From an uncultured Chloroflexia bacterium (GTDB lineage Bacteria; Chloroflexota; Anaerolineae; Anaerolineales; UBA4823), in the NCBI GenBank assembly GCA_963788305.1, contig CAWBGK010000015.1, forward strand, positions 43,037 to 107,036: 64,000 nt of DNA, given 5' to 3'. Made by a program: the position numbers and the translations under genes. Positions 8,978 to 20,229 of the stretch are shown piece after piece. A model generated the notes under the pieces. The model had not been told where the DNA came from. It did not search any database and saw only the letters and a program-made list of their open reading frames with translations. Numbering within the stretch: position 1 is the stretch's first letter; the number at the start of each line of letters is the position of its first letter.

Positions 8978-9087
8978 CTGGTTTTATGAGCAGAGGATTT
9001 TTTGGATAAGCCGCTGCTCATGATCTATTTAAACCCATAAATTGGATTTATTGACTCTTGCTGCAGTTTTTTATTATTATCCAACCG

Positions 9088-10071
9088 TTAAACCTTGGGG
9101 GGTAAATACGCCTTTGAGATTTTCGCGATATATGTAAAAGTGGGGTTGACTATCGCAGTACAGCGCGCTTCTAAAACCTGGCCCAGTAGTAAAAAGGCTT
9201 CGCCGCGAGAAAAACCGTAGTCTTCCTCCATCCACAATACAAGCCCTTCCAACGCAAACCGGAAGGCATCTTCCAGCGGGCGCGCCATCGCAATAACCGC
9301 AATATGCGTGTCGTTTTCAAGCCTCGGCCAGTACATACTGGCGGGTCGAGGCTCAATTTCTACCCTCAGGCGTACAATCCCGCTGCACTCTACGCCACCT
9401 GAGCTGCAGATCTCACCATCGCCCTGGATCGCATGCATATCCCCGACGTGCAGCAGCCCGCCATCGATATTGACAGCCAACATCAAATCGGCGCCTGTTG
9501 TGATTTCCTGGACATCCAGGTTGCCGCCCCAATAGCCAGCCCAGTGATTAGAGATGCGCTCCCGAGCAGGCGCGACACCGATAAGCCCGATCATCGGCTT
9601 GACAGGCAGGGTCAGGGTATCGCTCCAGCGAATCATGCCACCCGCTATCTCGACAATACGGTTTTGATCCCCTAACGAGGAAGACCCGAACCAACCCGGC
9701 ACAGCGCCGGAGTTCCCACGGAAGTTTGTAAAACCCAATCGGTCCAGCTCGATGTCACCGATATGGATGCGGAGCATCTCCCCAGCTTTTGCTCCTTCGA
9801 CATAGATACAGCCGCTGGACGGGTTGCTGCCGGGTAAGCCGGAGGCGAGGTAGCCAGGGATTGACCAGCCCGAAGAAAATATGGATTTGCGTCCAACCTG
9901 GTTGTCATTCAGCTTCGACTGCAGGGCTGTGCTATCTGGGTCATCTCTCAGCCAGGGACCGCGATTGAGCTGTGTCTGGACCTCGAATTCCTCGCCCGAG
10001 GCGATTCGCAGCGTGACTGGATTCTGCGGACCCGTTTCAAAATATAAGATTTCCGGGGTTGCCCTTTTCAT
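9088..10071 (-). CDS. Acetamidase/formamidase family protein
   Basis: Intact 327-aa track ORF. Motifs such as ..GGNLDVQEITTGADLMLAV..GDMHAIQGDGEI.. are typical of the FmdA/AmdA family. Confidence 0.75.
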   Translation of the reverse strand: MKRATPEILYFETGPQNPVTLRIASGEEFEVQTQLNRGPWLRDDPDSTALQSKLNDNQVGRKSIFSSGWSIPGYLASGLPGSNPSSGCIYVEGAKAGEMLRIHIGDIELDRLGFTNFRGNSGAVPGWFGSSSLGDQNRIVEIAGGMIRWSDTLTLPVKPMIGLIGVAPARERISNHWAGYWGGNLDVQEITTGADLMLAVNIDGGLLHVGDMHAIQGDGEICSSGGVECSGIVRLRVEIEPRPASMYWPRLENDTHIAVIAMARPLEDAFRFALEGLVLWMEEDYGFSRGEAFLLLGQVLEARCTAIVNPTFTYIAKISKAYLPPKV

Positions 10072-10409
10072 GGGATCTCTCTTTTCTCATCTTTACAGAG
10101 CATATGAGATTTAGGAAATATCTTCTTTTATAACATATTCTTTTGAGGCAGCCGGGTGATCACTCAGATTGCCCTGTAAAGATCCCGAATAGGAATACTT
10201 CGTAAGAATGTTTTCAAAGGGAATACAAGGAAGGAGTCTCGGCAGATGATCATAAGGCGAATTGAATGACCTGGCAGTCAAAAATATATCAGTGCAAAGG
10301 GGAAAACCATCTTCCCCATGCAAGGGATGGCCTGTGGATTACAATAAGCCAACAAGAGGAAAAGCATTGCCGGGAAAGCACATCTCTCAAATGTCGTCGT
10401 AAGATCAAT

Positions 10410-10442
10410 AAGTGCAAATAAGCGCTTGTCTTATTTGCACTT
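10410..10442. repeat. Perfect 13-bp inverted repeat (aagtgcaaataag N7 cttatttgcactt) upstream of the Fic gene
   Basis: Read directly from the sequence. It lies 34 nt upstream of the Fic start. It could be an operator or a hairpin. Confidence 0.6.
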
Positions 10443-10475
10443 AGGGTATAGAATGTAAATAGTTGTCGTCTTTGT

Positions 10476-11804
10476 TTGCGGATATCTCGCGTAAATCCCG
10501 ACGAATTTTCCCGCATGCCTCCCGGACGTGTTCTGCGCACTCCGAAAGGATATTGGGCTTTTATTCCCAATCCTCTGCCCCCAGCGATCCACTGGTCTGC
10601 TGCGCTGGCTACTGCAGTGGGTGAAGCCGAACGAAATCTAGGAAGGCTGGCGAACATCACAGATTCGATGTCTCCTGCTCACGCTATGGTGCAACCGCTC
10701 ATACGGCGCGAAGCTGTTCTCTCATCCCGTATTGAAGGAACGCACGCTTCACTGCCAGACCTGTATCATTATGAATCTGCTCAAAAGTCCCATTTTGAAA
10801 ATATCTCAGATGTGCACGAGGTGTACAACTACGTACGCGCTCTTGAATATGGCCTGGGCGCCAAAAGACTCTACCGGTGAGCTTGCGCCTGATCCGTGAG
10901 ATCCATGCGATATTGATGGAAGGCGTAAAAAGGGGAACATCTCACTCCGGGTGAGTTTCGTCGCAGCCAAAATTGGATCGGCCCGCCTGGAAGCACCATC
11001 GAGAACGCGACCATCGTCCCACCACCTGTCGACGAAATGGAAAGAGCCATAGACGCCTGGGAAAAATTCATCCATACCGCAGTGGAAATCCCACAGCTGG
11101 CGCGCCTCGGCTTGATCCATTACCAATTTGAAATCATCCATCCCTTCCTGGATGGCAATGGACGGGTGGGTCGACTGCTTATGGTACTGCTCCTGGTCGA
11201 ATGGGAACTGATCTCCCAGCCGATGCTTAATCTGAGCGCTTACTTTCAGAGTCCAACCGGACAGATTATTACAATCATCTCCTGGCAGTCAGCCGCACCG
11301 GTGAGTGGGAGAGCTGGCTGCTCTTTTTTCTGAACGGGATCAGCAGCCAATCACTGGATGCTGTTTCGCGGATTGAGCGCCTGGGGCAACTGCGAGCGAT
11401 TTATAAGGAGCGCTTGACCACTGAACGAGCAGCCAGGCGGCTTATACAGGTTCTAAATGTGCTCTTTGAGCGCCCGATTTTAAATTATGCAGCCAGGTCG
11501 TGACGTGCCTTTCCGAACTGCACAGCGATATATTGAAAGATTAGTGGAAATCGGTATTCTGAGAGAGGTGAAGGGTGGGAGGCGCAACCGGATTTACAGG
11601 GCTGATGAGATTATACGGGCACTGGAGGAGGCGGCGAATGAGATAAGCATGGGGGATGAACCTAAAGTGGATTGGAGGGATATAGCGGGTGAACGACCTG
11701 GGCATGCTCGATTATTTCTACGATGTCACGCTTGCATTGCTCATTGCCTAAATGTGGCGGCTGAGTCGTCGACCGCCACATTCTTTGCCAATACCAATAA
11801 TTAA
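10476..11804 (+). CDS. Fic family protein (AMPylase-type), split by about 4 apparent frameshifts
   Basis: The Fic motif HPFLDGNGRVGRLL is in track ORF 11037..11333. An N-terminal Fic/DOC-N-like part is in 10476..10880. A C-terminal wHTH-like part is in 11487..11804. The intervening frames read ..LPVSLRLIREIHAILMEGV.. and ..GEHLTPGEFRRSQNWIGPPGSTIENA... Confidence 0.75.
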
Positions 11805-12247
11805 TTGCCACTGTTTTGATCGGTCGATCCGTTCGAGCCCGGCATTCCCGTTACTGTTCGTGCCCTGCCATCGATAGCCGTTTCCGTTCCCACCATTTCG
11901 ATTCCGAGGCCGCCGCTACCCTGACCAAAGCCACCGTTCTGGACGGTGTTTGCTCCTTGGATCGTTGAGGCGGTTGGGGTCTGTTCGGTTTGGGCTTTCC
12001 CATTTCCCAAGACTGTTGGAGCGGGTGGAATTTCCGGGGAAAAATGGGCCGGGGCGTCGATATGCGTGCCGGTCTGGGTGCCCATCGACAGGCGGGACAC
12101 CTTGAACCCCTGCTCCTCGATGGCGCACCATGACTCTACCAGAAGAGGCGGGTCAGAATAACCGCCGCCGCTGTAAATGGACAGGCTCTCGTCAAGCTTT
12201 CGGGTCAAATCGATGATTTCAGTCATTTCTGCACTCATTTCTTGCAA
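11801..12247 (-). pseudogene. Cyclase-family (kynurenine formamidase-like) N-terminal fragment with a non-homologous low-complexity tail
   Basis: Only the first ~80 aa (..GTQTGTHIDAPAHF..) look like the putative-cyclase fold. The rest is G/T/N/Q-rich with no recognisable continuation in any frame. Confidence 0.4.
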
Positions 12248-12279
12248 ATTGCAGACTCAGGGCAGGCAGCGCTCGTTCA

Positions 12280-13462
12280 TCATTCAACCAGCCTCTGCCA
12301 TTCGTCGATCAGCGCATGTGTGTTCTCCCACGCCCGGGGTGTGTTTTCACGGACGTTGTCCACCGGCGAGAGGTAAATCCCCCACCCGATGCGAGGACCG
12401 CCATCGCACGCTGGACTTCGCGCCGAACCTCCTCCATGCTCCCCTGCTCCACGGTGAGGCGCCGTTCACCCCTCCCCACAGGCCGACTCTACCCGCGAGC
12501 TTCTCTTTCGCGAGCTGTAAATCCCAGTGCTGCGGGTCCACCCCTATCAAAACGTCCACACCTGCCTCCACGATCGAATCCAGCAGAGGCATGCAGCTGG
12601 AGGTGATCAGGTAGCCAAATTTCGACCCGAAGCTGTGGGCCAGATCAGCTTCGGCTTTAAGGATCGGGAAAAGATATTTTTTCCAGGATGCCGGGGTGAA
12701 AAAATCCAGGTTTTCGTACCAGGCGCGTTGATGTACAGGTCGATCCCGGCAGAGAGCACGGCTCCAGCCAGCGCCCGGTTCCAGCGGGCGATCAGCTCCA
12801 GCAGGTCGGAAGAAGTCAGGCTGGTCGTAGACCATGAAGACCATATTTTCAAGCCCGCAGATCCAGCCGATCAGATCCGCTCCAACACCCCAGCCACCGG
12901 CAAGCAGCAGGTCGCCTCGGCGAGCCAGGTCGACCGCCGCTTGAGATCCCGACTTGAATTGGATTGCTTCCTCTTTTGTGGGAGGCGCAGAGCAGAAAGT
13001 CAGCGGCTCCAGGTCCGCAGGTCCAGCGACCAAGAACTTCCTGGATCGGGGGACGATGTAGTCGTCCAGGAACGGGACATGGTCGCCTCGGGGCCAGTCT
13101 TCCCGTCCGGCGGACCTCGGGCGCGCAGGGTCCCGGCGGGGGTCTGGTACTCTTTGACTAGGACCGGCCATTTTTCGCCCGGGAAATGCTCGGTCCATTC
13201 CCTGATCGTTACTCGCGGTTCGAAGTGAACGGGGATACCATGCAGGTTGTAATAATCATTCATCAGACCCGGCGGGCGAGGGGGAGCTCACGAAAACGTC
13301 CAGCCCCAGCGCGGCCTGGCGCTCGACAAATTCTGCATAGCTGCTGCAGCTTTTCCACCGCCCTCCAAACAGCATAAAACTGCACGGGGTGTGGTCTATC
13401 TCCTGGCAGCTCAGCACCACGAGCATGCGTAAACGGGAAGTCATTTTTGAGACGGTCATCAT
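12280..13462 (-). CDS. Uroporphyrinogen decarboxylase (URO-D/MtaA-like) family protein, several apparent frameshifts
   Basis: Track fragments 13256..13486, 13000..13263 and 12347..13198 (..LITSSCMPLLDSIVEAGVDVLIGVDPQHWDL..GGVNGA..) are involved. A corrected C-terminus reads ..VTVEQGSMEEVRREVQRAM..ALIDEWQRLVE and ends at TGA 12280. Confidence 0.6.
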
Positions 13463-13502
13463 ATCACTCCAGCAGAAACGGACCACGTTTGGGATGGGAG
13501 TA

Positions 13503-15074
13503 TTAGATTCTATACCCCGCCGTGCACCTGGATGGCCGCATCTCCCTCCACCGGGCAGCGGTTTTCGCGGATATCCCGCACCCGATGCACAGCTCGCTCA
13601 GCACGTAAGGCCGCTGCAGCTCAACGATCTCCCCGTTGCTCCCCACCACAGACACCACCTCCAGCCGAATGGACTTCTGAGGGGTGGGGCACATCTCTTC
13701 GCACACAATGCACGGCGTGTTATACGCCCAAACCAGACAGCGATCCTTGTCCACGCTTGCCCTGCCGATCACCTGCTGGCGCTTTTCTTCCAGGCTCAGA
13801 AGCGGGATAGCTCCGGATGGGGCGAGACCTCGGCCGCATGCGCTGCAGCCGTAGTCACAATACCCAATACGCGGGATCACGACGGAGTCCAGAGTCCCTC
13901 CAGCCTTGCCTCGGTTATCGCGGGCTGGAGCGCGGTCGTCGGGCAGATGTTGAAGCACTCGGAGCAGCGCACGCATTTTGAGAGAAATTCAGTCTCGTCC
14001 AGCACGCCCGGTGGGCGGTCAGGGACGATTTCTTCACCCGGAGCCCTGCGTCGACGCGCAGCACCAGCATCCCGGCCACGCCGGCAGCCAGTGCCTGGAG
14101 AAAGCCTCGCCGGCTCAAATCAAATTCCTGTGCAACAGTGGGTTTCAAGGAAGGTACAAGCGACATTCCATCGTTCGAGCAGCTCGCCAGGCAGTCCAGA
14201 CACATCGTACACTCGGTCGCCAGAACGGTGATCTCAGCTGTTTGGCCGGTCGGAGCAGTAGTCTGCCTGACTTCGATCGCTCCCGGCCTGCATGCCAGCG
14301 AGCAGCGCCCGCAGCCGCTGCAATTTGAGCTGATCGATGGTCGGAACAGAGAAAATTTTGCCAACCAGCCCAGCAGCGCCCCTAAAGGGCATAGATAACG
14401 GCACCAGAAGCGGTCCGCCAGCCTGTTCAGGGCGATGATCCCAGCAAAAAGCAGTACAACAGGCAGCGGGGATGTGAAAACCGGCTGCCTGGCGGGGAGC
14501 ACAGCCCCGCGCAGGAGGGACTCCAGGCTATCAACAAGCGGTCGCAGCGCACTGGTCTCGTAGAGCGCCCCTTCGATGGAAGTGACAGCGTAGTTCAGGC
14601 CGGGGATCAGCGCCACTGTGAACACCCTGGTGATCAACCCCAGCGGCTCGAAGACCATCAGGCTCAGGCTGCCTAAAACAGCCATCGCCAGGATCGCTGC
14701 CAAGAGGAAGTATTTCGCGATGCGCAGTTTTTGAGGGACATGCCGGGCGGTTTTGGCTGCCTTTCGAAAGCGGGTCCATTCGAGGAGCGTCCCCAGCGGG
14801 CAAATCCACCCGCACCAGATGCGCCCTGCCAGCAGGGTAAGCAGGACAATGAGCAGCGCCCATCCCATGCCACGGACGATCCACGGCTTGACAGGTATAC
14901 GGACAACGCTGAGAGCGGGTTAAAGCGGAAGAATACATCTGCGAGGGGGTGCGGAACTCCACTGGTACGCCCCGCAACTCCAGCAAACAGGAGGTAAAGA
15001 AAGAGGGTGAAGAATGCGACCTGGCTGATCTGGCGGAGACGGCGCCAGCTTTTCCAGCGAGCGGCCCGTCTCAT
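13503..15074 (-). CDS. NapH/NosR-like membrane polyferredoxin (4Fe-4S binding), apparent frameshifts
   Basis: Track fragments 14673..15074, 13915..14868 and 13503..13976 are involved. They contain CGWICPLG and CRYLCPLG motifs, CxxCxxC clusters (CSGCGRCSLAC, CTMCLDC, CIGCG) and an internal SRRGFLQALAAGVAG twin-arginine-like motif. Confidence 0.65.
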
Positions 15075-15089
15075 TTGTGCATCCAGCGA

Positions 15090-16058
15090 CTAGACATGGA
15101 TTTCTTCGACCTTCACGCTGCTCAGGTCCAGGGTGCCAAGCTGCATTTCAGCCGCCTTCTGAATGTAAGCGATGTCCTCACCCTTCAAGCCGAACAGCGA
15201 GGCGCCATAGGCGTCTGCCGCGACGATGTCATGGCTTGCGATCACCGTCTGTGCCAGCTTCACATCGTCCAGGCTGCTCCAGTCGGTCCGTGGTCCATCA
15301 GGATGCGGTAACCGTCGATTACGGTACAGCGTCGGTCGGATGCGGCTGACCAGGTCGGCGATGCGCTGCCCAGGTTGTGCGTGGATCCGGTTGGCGCTTT
15401 GGATTGTCCCGAGCAGGTTCTTCCCACCCAGGGTCAGCCTGGCCAACCCGTGGTGCTTGGCAATCGGCACATTGATCAGTACATCCGTCTCCAGGATGTC
15501 GCGGTAGAACTCCCAGGATTGGATGTCGCGACCATCGGGGATATCGAAACTGGCGTATTTGACCGGGCTCATCACCTCCATCTCGCCCCCTGCGGCGCGG
15601 ACGGCTGCTTCGATCCCGGAGACCGCGTATGCGGATGCCGGTGACCCGCCAAAGGGGTTGTCCATCACGCGCACTCTTTTAGCGCCCGCTCCCAGGCACA
15701 GCGAGACGAGCGCTGCCACGACCTGGGGGTTCGTCGTCGCGGCGTACTCGGGAGGATGGTAATCCGTGCAGATGTTGGGCTTGATGATCACGTCTTTGCC
15801 CGGCTTGACAAAGCGCTCGAATTCCGCCCAACGCCGCGACTGCGGCGCCCACCAGCGCCGCCGGGTCTTCACCGCGCGCCACGGAGAGATAAGCCTGACC
15901 GCTTTTTGGAGCAGCCGGCTGTGAGGGGGATGTTTCTGGAGCAGCTGTCTTCATCGGGAGTGGGGACGGGAGGTTGTGTTCGTACAGCTGGCGCCAGCGA
16001 GCGCCAAACCGGTCACACCAGCCCATTTTAGAAAAGCACGTCGAGAGATTGTAGCCAT
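15090..16058 (-). CDS. DUF362 domain protein with Tat-type signal peptide, apparent frameshifts
   Basis: ATG at 16058 with a GAGG Shine-Dalgarno gives MATISRRAFLKWAGVTGLALAGASC. Track ORF 15090..15872 contains ..VKPGKDVIIKPNICTDYHPPEYAATTNPQVV.. and ..INVPIAKHHGLA.., which are typical of DUF362. Confidence 0.65.
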
Positions 16059-16282
16059 AGCCTAACCTCATAAGGAAACAAACAACCCGAATTTGTACGG
16101 ATAAGATATTGTGCAATTGTACCCAATTCCGCGAATCATGTCATGTTATCTAGGCTAACTCTCACGCGATATCCAATCTCTTAATGGATTTGCCTATTTG
16201 AGGAAATTTGTTAAAATATCAGGTAATGAATCAATGATCCGAGTGAACACAAAATACCCCAACATTCGGTTAGGAATATCCA

Positions 16283-16877
16283 TTGATCTACCTGGCAATT
16301 TTTGATTTTGTCCCCAATATCGCCTTCTTGATCGGATTGGTCTACCTTGTCAAGATCATGCGTTTAAAAGGCAGTGACACCTGCAGTAAATTGGCTGTCA
16401 TCGGAGGATCGCTCATCCTGCTTGGGGGGATATCACTCAAGCAATATGGAAATTACTCTTCATAACAGGTACTGCGGATATTCGTCTGCTTAGCAACCTG
16501 CAGTTCATCCTGATTGCGCCAGGGTTTGTAATCTTATTCATTTCTGTCATACTTTTTGCACGGACTCTGGTCGAGTGATATCAACACCCTTCTTAACTCT
16601 TGCTCTTTGGAAAATCCCATTCCTTGTAATTATGGTCGCTGCCAGCTTGGGGACGATGGCGCTGCTTTTCTTCATTTCACTGCGAAGGCGTGCGATCGCT
16701 GCCAGCTTTGGCTTTGCGGCCGCGTTTTTCCTGCTTCTTGGGTTAGGTGGGATGGCAGGAGGTGAGCAGACTATCGGGCAGCAATGGGCGGAAGAAATCG
16801 TCAATGCTTCAGGGGAGATTGCATTTGCTTTGGGAAATTACCTGTTGTATAGAAAAACCGTTTCGTTACCGGGTTAA
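16283..16877 (+). CDS. Multi-pass membrane protein of unknown function (apparent frameshifts)
   Basis: Track ORFs 16283..16465 and 16575..16877 are both strongly hydrophobic. The stretch between them is open in a third frame. Confidence 0.4.
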
Positions 16878-16892
16878 ATAAGGGTGGTGAAA

Positions 16893-17427
16893 ATGAAGGA
16901 TACTTATAAAGTTCACGTCCTATGGAAATCATTTGCGTTCTGGCTTGTTTTTATGATTCTTTACGGCGCGTACAAATTCTTTCCAGTGTTTCCGTTATCG
17001 CTCATTTGCAGCGTGATAGAGTCGAACTTCCAGACATTTTAAGGCTGGCTTTTTCTCCTACCTGATCGTAAGCCTAATTGAATACGGCTGGTGCCGCCGG
17101 AAAATCAGCAATCGAGACAGCTTTCTGTACTCGCGGATTGCCGCGACCGTTTTCCTGCCCTGGATCATCTTCTTGTTGTGGTACATCGCCCCTGCACTGA
17201 TCGGACGCTGGTCGAATAACGTGTATGAAATCGTTTACGCCAATATCATCGTCCTGATCACCGGCGTTTTTGCGGTCATCCTGGAAGGCGGGCTGGAAAA
17301 AATCCCGTACGAGAGATCAATCAAAACGGTCTTGATCGTACTTTTCCTGGTTTCGATCTTGCTGTACATCGTTTTTACTTTCCGGCTCCCCTGGGCAGAT
17401 GTGTTTGTCGAGCCGGATTGGCGTTGA
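16893..17427 (+). CDS. Multi-pass membrane protein of unknown function (apparent frameshifts)
   Basis: ATG at 16893 gives MKDTYKVHVLWKSFAFWLVFMILYGAYKFFPVF... The C-terminal part is track ORF 17173..17427. Confidence 0.4.
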
Positions 17428-17498
17428 TGGAGATCAACTTGTGAAAAAAGTCGGGGAGTATAATTCAGTGGTTCAACACTCTCTCCAGGAGGCTTCCT

Positions 17499-18537
17499 TT
17501 GTCTCTCCATGACGAGATCTTCGAGCAGGTCGACGTGCTCTCCAACCTGCTGAGCAGCCAGAAGGGCGAGATCGAGCGGATCGCCCGCCGGATTGAGCAG
17601 GCTGCACCGGCTTATGCCTTCCTCGCGGCACGCGGCACCTCAGACAACGCCGGGCGCTACGCCAACTACCTGTGGGGCTCGTTCAACCGGCTGCCGGTGG
17701 CGCTGGCGACGCCTTCGCTGTTCACCTACTATCAACGCCCACCCAGCCTGAAAGGCGCACTGGTCGTTGGGATTTCGCAGTCCGGGCAGTCGCCAGACAT
17801 CGTCAGCGTGCTGGAAGAGGGGCGGCGGCAGGGCAGCCTGACGCTTGCGATCACCAATGCAGCAAACTCGCCGCTGGCGGCAGCAGCCGATTTTGTGATC
17901 GACATCCAGGCCGGCGAGGAGCGGGCGGTCGCGGCGACGAAGACCTACAGCGCCCAGCTGATGGCGATCGCGATGCTGTCGGCCGCGCTGTGCGGCGACC
18001 CCGCGCTGGAGCAGAGGCTGGAGTACGTCCCTGGCTGGACGGCGGAAGCGCTGGAGCTGGACGAGCAGATCGCCGGGATGGCAGAGCGCTACCGCTACAT
18101 GAGCCGCTGCGTGGTGATCGGGCGCGGTTACAACTACGCCACCGCGTTTGAATGGTCGCTGAAGCTGAAAGAGCTGACCTACGTCGTGGCTGAGCCCTAT
18201 TCGACCGCGGACTTTCAACACGGGCCGATCGCGATCGTCGACCGGGGCTTCCCTGTGCTGGCGGTCGCGCCGGGCGGGCGGGTTTATGGCGACGTGCTCA
18301 GCCTGATGGAGCGGCTGCGAGACGAGCTGAAGGCCGAGCTGCTGGTGATCTCGGACCAGGCTGAGGCGCTGGAGATCGCCCAATCTCCGCTGCGGCTGCC
18401 CGACCGGGATCCCGGAGTGGCTCTCGCCGCTGGCAGCGATCGTCCCGGCTCAGCTGTTTGCCTACCACCTGACCCGGGCGAAAGGCTACGACGCAGAGGC
18501 GCCGCGGGCGATCCAAAAAGTGACTGAGACGCATTGA
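17499..18537 (+). CDS. SIS-domain sugar-phosphate isomerase/aminotransferase-like protein (GlmS isomerase-domain type); one frameshift near the 3' end
   Basis: Track ORF 17499..18527 contains ..ARGTSDNAGRYANYL..GISQSGQSPDIV..AITN.. (SIS motifs). It has a TTG start 7 nt after AGGAGG. The corrected tail reads ..LSPLAAIVPAQLFAYHLTRAKGYDAEAPRAIQKVTETH and ends at TGA 18535-18537. Confidence 0.7.
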
Positions 18538-18582
18538 GCGCAATGCTCAGCCACCCAAAAACATTTCGGATATAATCAGCGG

Positions 18583-19156
18583 ATGACTGAAGAACCAGTT
18601 GAAGTCAGATTAGGTGAGCTGCTCCGATCGCGAGGCTTGAAGCTGGCCACGGCCAAGTCCTGCACGGGGGGTCTGATCGGGCATAAGATCACGAGCGTGC
18701 CCGGATCTTCCGAGTATTTCCTCGGCGGTGTGATCTCTTATGCTTATGAAGCCAAGGTGGAGCTGCTCGGCGTGCGCTGGAAGACGCTGGAGGCCCACGG
18801 AGCAGTCAGCCGCGAGACCGTGCTGGAGATGGCGAACGGGGCGAGGGAGCGGTTGGAACGCGGACTTTGGGCTGGCGGTCAGCGGGATCGCCGGTCCCGG
18901 CGGCGGGATGCCGAACAAGCCCGTCGGGCTGACGTGGATCGGGTTGAGTACGGTCGGCGACGAGCAGGCCTGGACGTTCGTGTTTCCTGGCGACCGCGGG
19001 CAGGTTAAAGAACAGGCCGCGAACACGGCACTGCGGCTGGCGCTGGAGTACCTGGAACCGGGCGCCGGGATTATCGCTGCGGCGCCGATCGATAAAAGGC
19101 TTGCGTCCTCGATGCGGTCGAAGCAGACGCCAGATTGGATAGGGACGGCCGGATGA
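18583..19156 (+). CDS. CinA C-terminal domain / nicotinamide-nucleotide amidohydrolase (PncC-like), one apparent frameshift
   Basis: Track ORF 18583..19008 contains ..ATAKSCTGGLIGHKITSVPGSSEYFLGGVISYAYEAK... It continues in frame 18740..19156 as ..ADFGLAVSGIAGPGGGMPNKPVGLTWIGL... Confidence 0.7.
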
Positions 19157-19444
19157 TCCCGCAGCAGTTCATTTGGAACGGAGCGACTTACCAGGTCGCC
19201 TCGTACGGGAGGCGCTGGGACGCAGAGGACGGACAGCACTGCTGGTCATGGATCACAAGGCGCAGGTCTTCGAGCTCGTCTACTCGCCTGCCGAGCAGAG
19301 CTGGTACCTGAAGAACCCCATAAAGACAGGAAAACGAGCCTTTTCGTCCTAGTTTAAAGCTGGTACAATCAAAAGGCAATTTTGCTTCACTTCTCAACTG
19401 GCAGCGCCAGCATCTTTCGCAGTCATTCGTCAAGGAGGATCAAC

Positions 19445-20116
19445 ATGGATTTCGGAAAAGCATTTACGTACGCTTTTGAAGATCAAGATTGGTTGAAGAA
19501 GTTGGGCATCGGCGGGCTGCTTCTGCTCATCCCAATTTTTGGCATTCTGGCTGTGATGGGCTGGACGGTCGAAATCACCCGCAGGGTGATCCACAGAGGA
19601 AGCTGAGGTGCTTCCCGAATGGAGCGGCTTGGGTGACTTCTTTATGAAGGGTTTGAAGCTCTGGGTGATCGCGTTTGTCTACTCACTGCCGGTTACTCAT
19701 GATTTCCATCTGCCAGCAGGTGCCGATCTTTTTCCTGCAGGATAGCGGCGAGGATGCAGCGGTAGCTGCGCTTGGCGTATTAAGCTTTCTGCTTTTCTTG
19801 CGTGATGATCCTGTTAGGACTCGTGCTCGGTTTTGTCCTCCCGGCGGCCTTCGCACGGTTTGCAGCGACCGGAGATATGAAGGCAGCCTTCAAGTTCGGG
19901 GAAGTCATTGGTCTGGTCCGCAGCGTGCCTCAGGCTTACCTGATCGTCCTGCTTGGAAGCATCGTTGCGAGCCTTGTCGCTTCGTTGGGTGTGATCCTGT
20001 GCGTGATCGGCATGATTTTCACATACGCTTACGCGATGACAGTCAACGCCCACTTCTGGGGGCAGGCGTATAACCAGGCCGGCGGGCCGCAAGAGGTCGT
20101 TGAAGCCACGTTCTAG
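19445..20116 (+). CDS. DUF4013-like membrane protein (apparent frameshifts)
   Basis: ATG at 19445 after AGGAGG gives MDFGKAFTYAFEDQDWLKKLGIGGLLLLIPIFGILAVMGWTVEITRRVI... The C-terminal part is track ORF 19802..20116. Confidence 0.55.
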
Positions 20117-20171
20117 CGCTGCATTTCTGAGCGGGAGCCAACTGGACTGCAGGGAACGCAAAATTAAAAAT

Positions 20172-20211
20172 CAAAAACCTCACAGGTCTTTCGAGACCTG
20201 TGAGGTTTTTG
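20172..20211. terminator. Bidirectional intrinsic terminator between the DUF4013 gene and metG
   Basis: The hairpin cctcacaggtc-tttcga-gacctgtgagg is flanked by an A-run on the 5' side and a T-run on the 3' side. Confidence 0.8.
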
Positions 20212-20229
20212 ATTCGATTTCGGCAAATT

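Noticed and set aside
8847-8978. N-terminal extension of the integrase track ORF
   Set aside because: The extension reads through tRNA-Lys on the opposite strand. Internal ATGs at 8846 and 8831 give a normal integrase N-terminus.
17640-18383. 247-aa minus-strand ORF and overlapping plus-strand alternative frames
   Set aside because: It is antisense or out of frame relative to the SIS-domain gene, and its R/P/G-rich composition marks it as an artefact.
19154-19350. Small ORF (MIPQQFIWNGATYQVASYGRRWDAEDGQHCW..) after the CinA-like gene
   Set aside because: It is short, needs a frame correction and has no motif. Evidence is insufficient to call it a gene.
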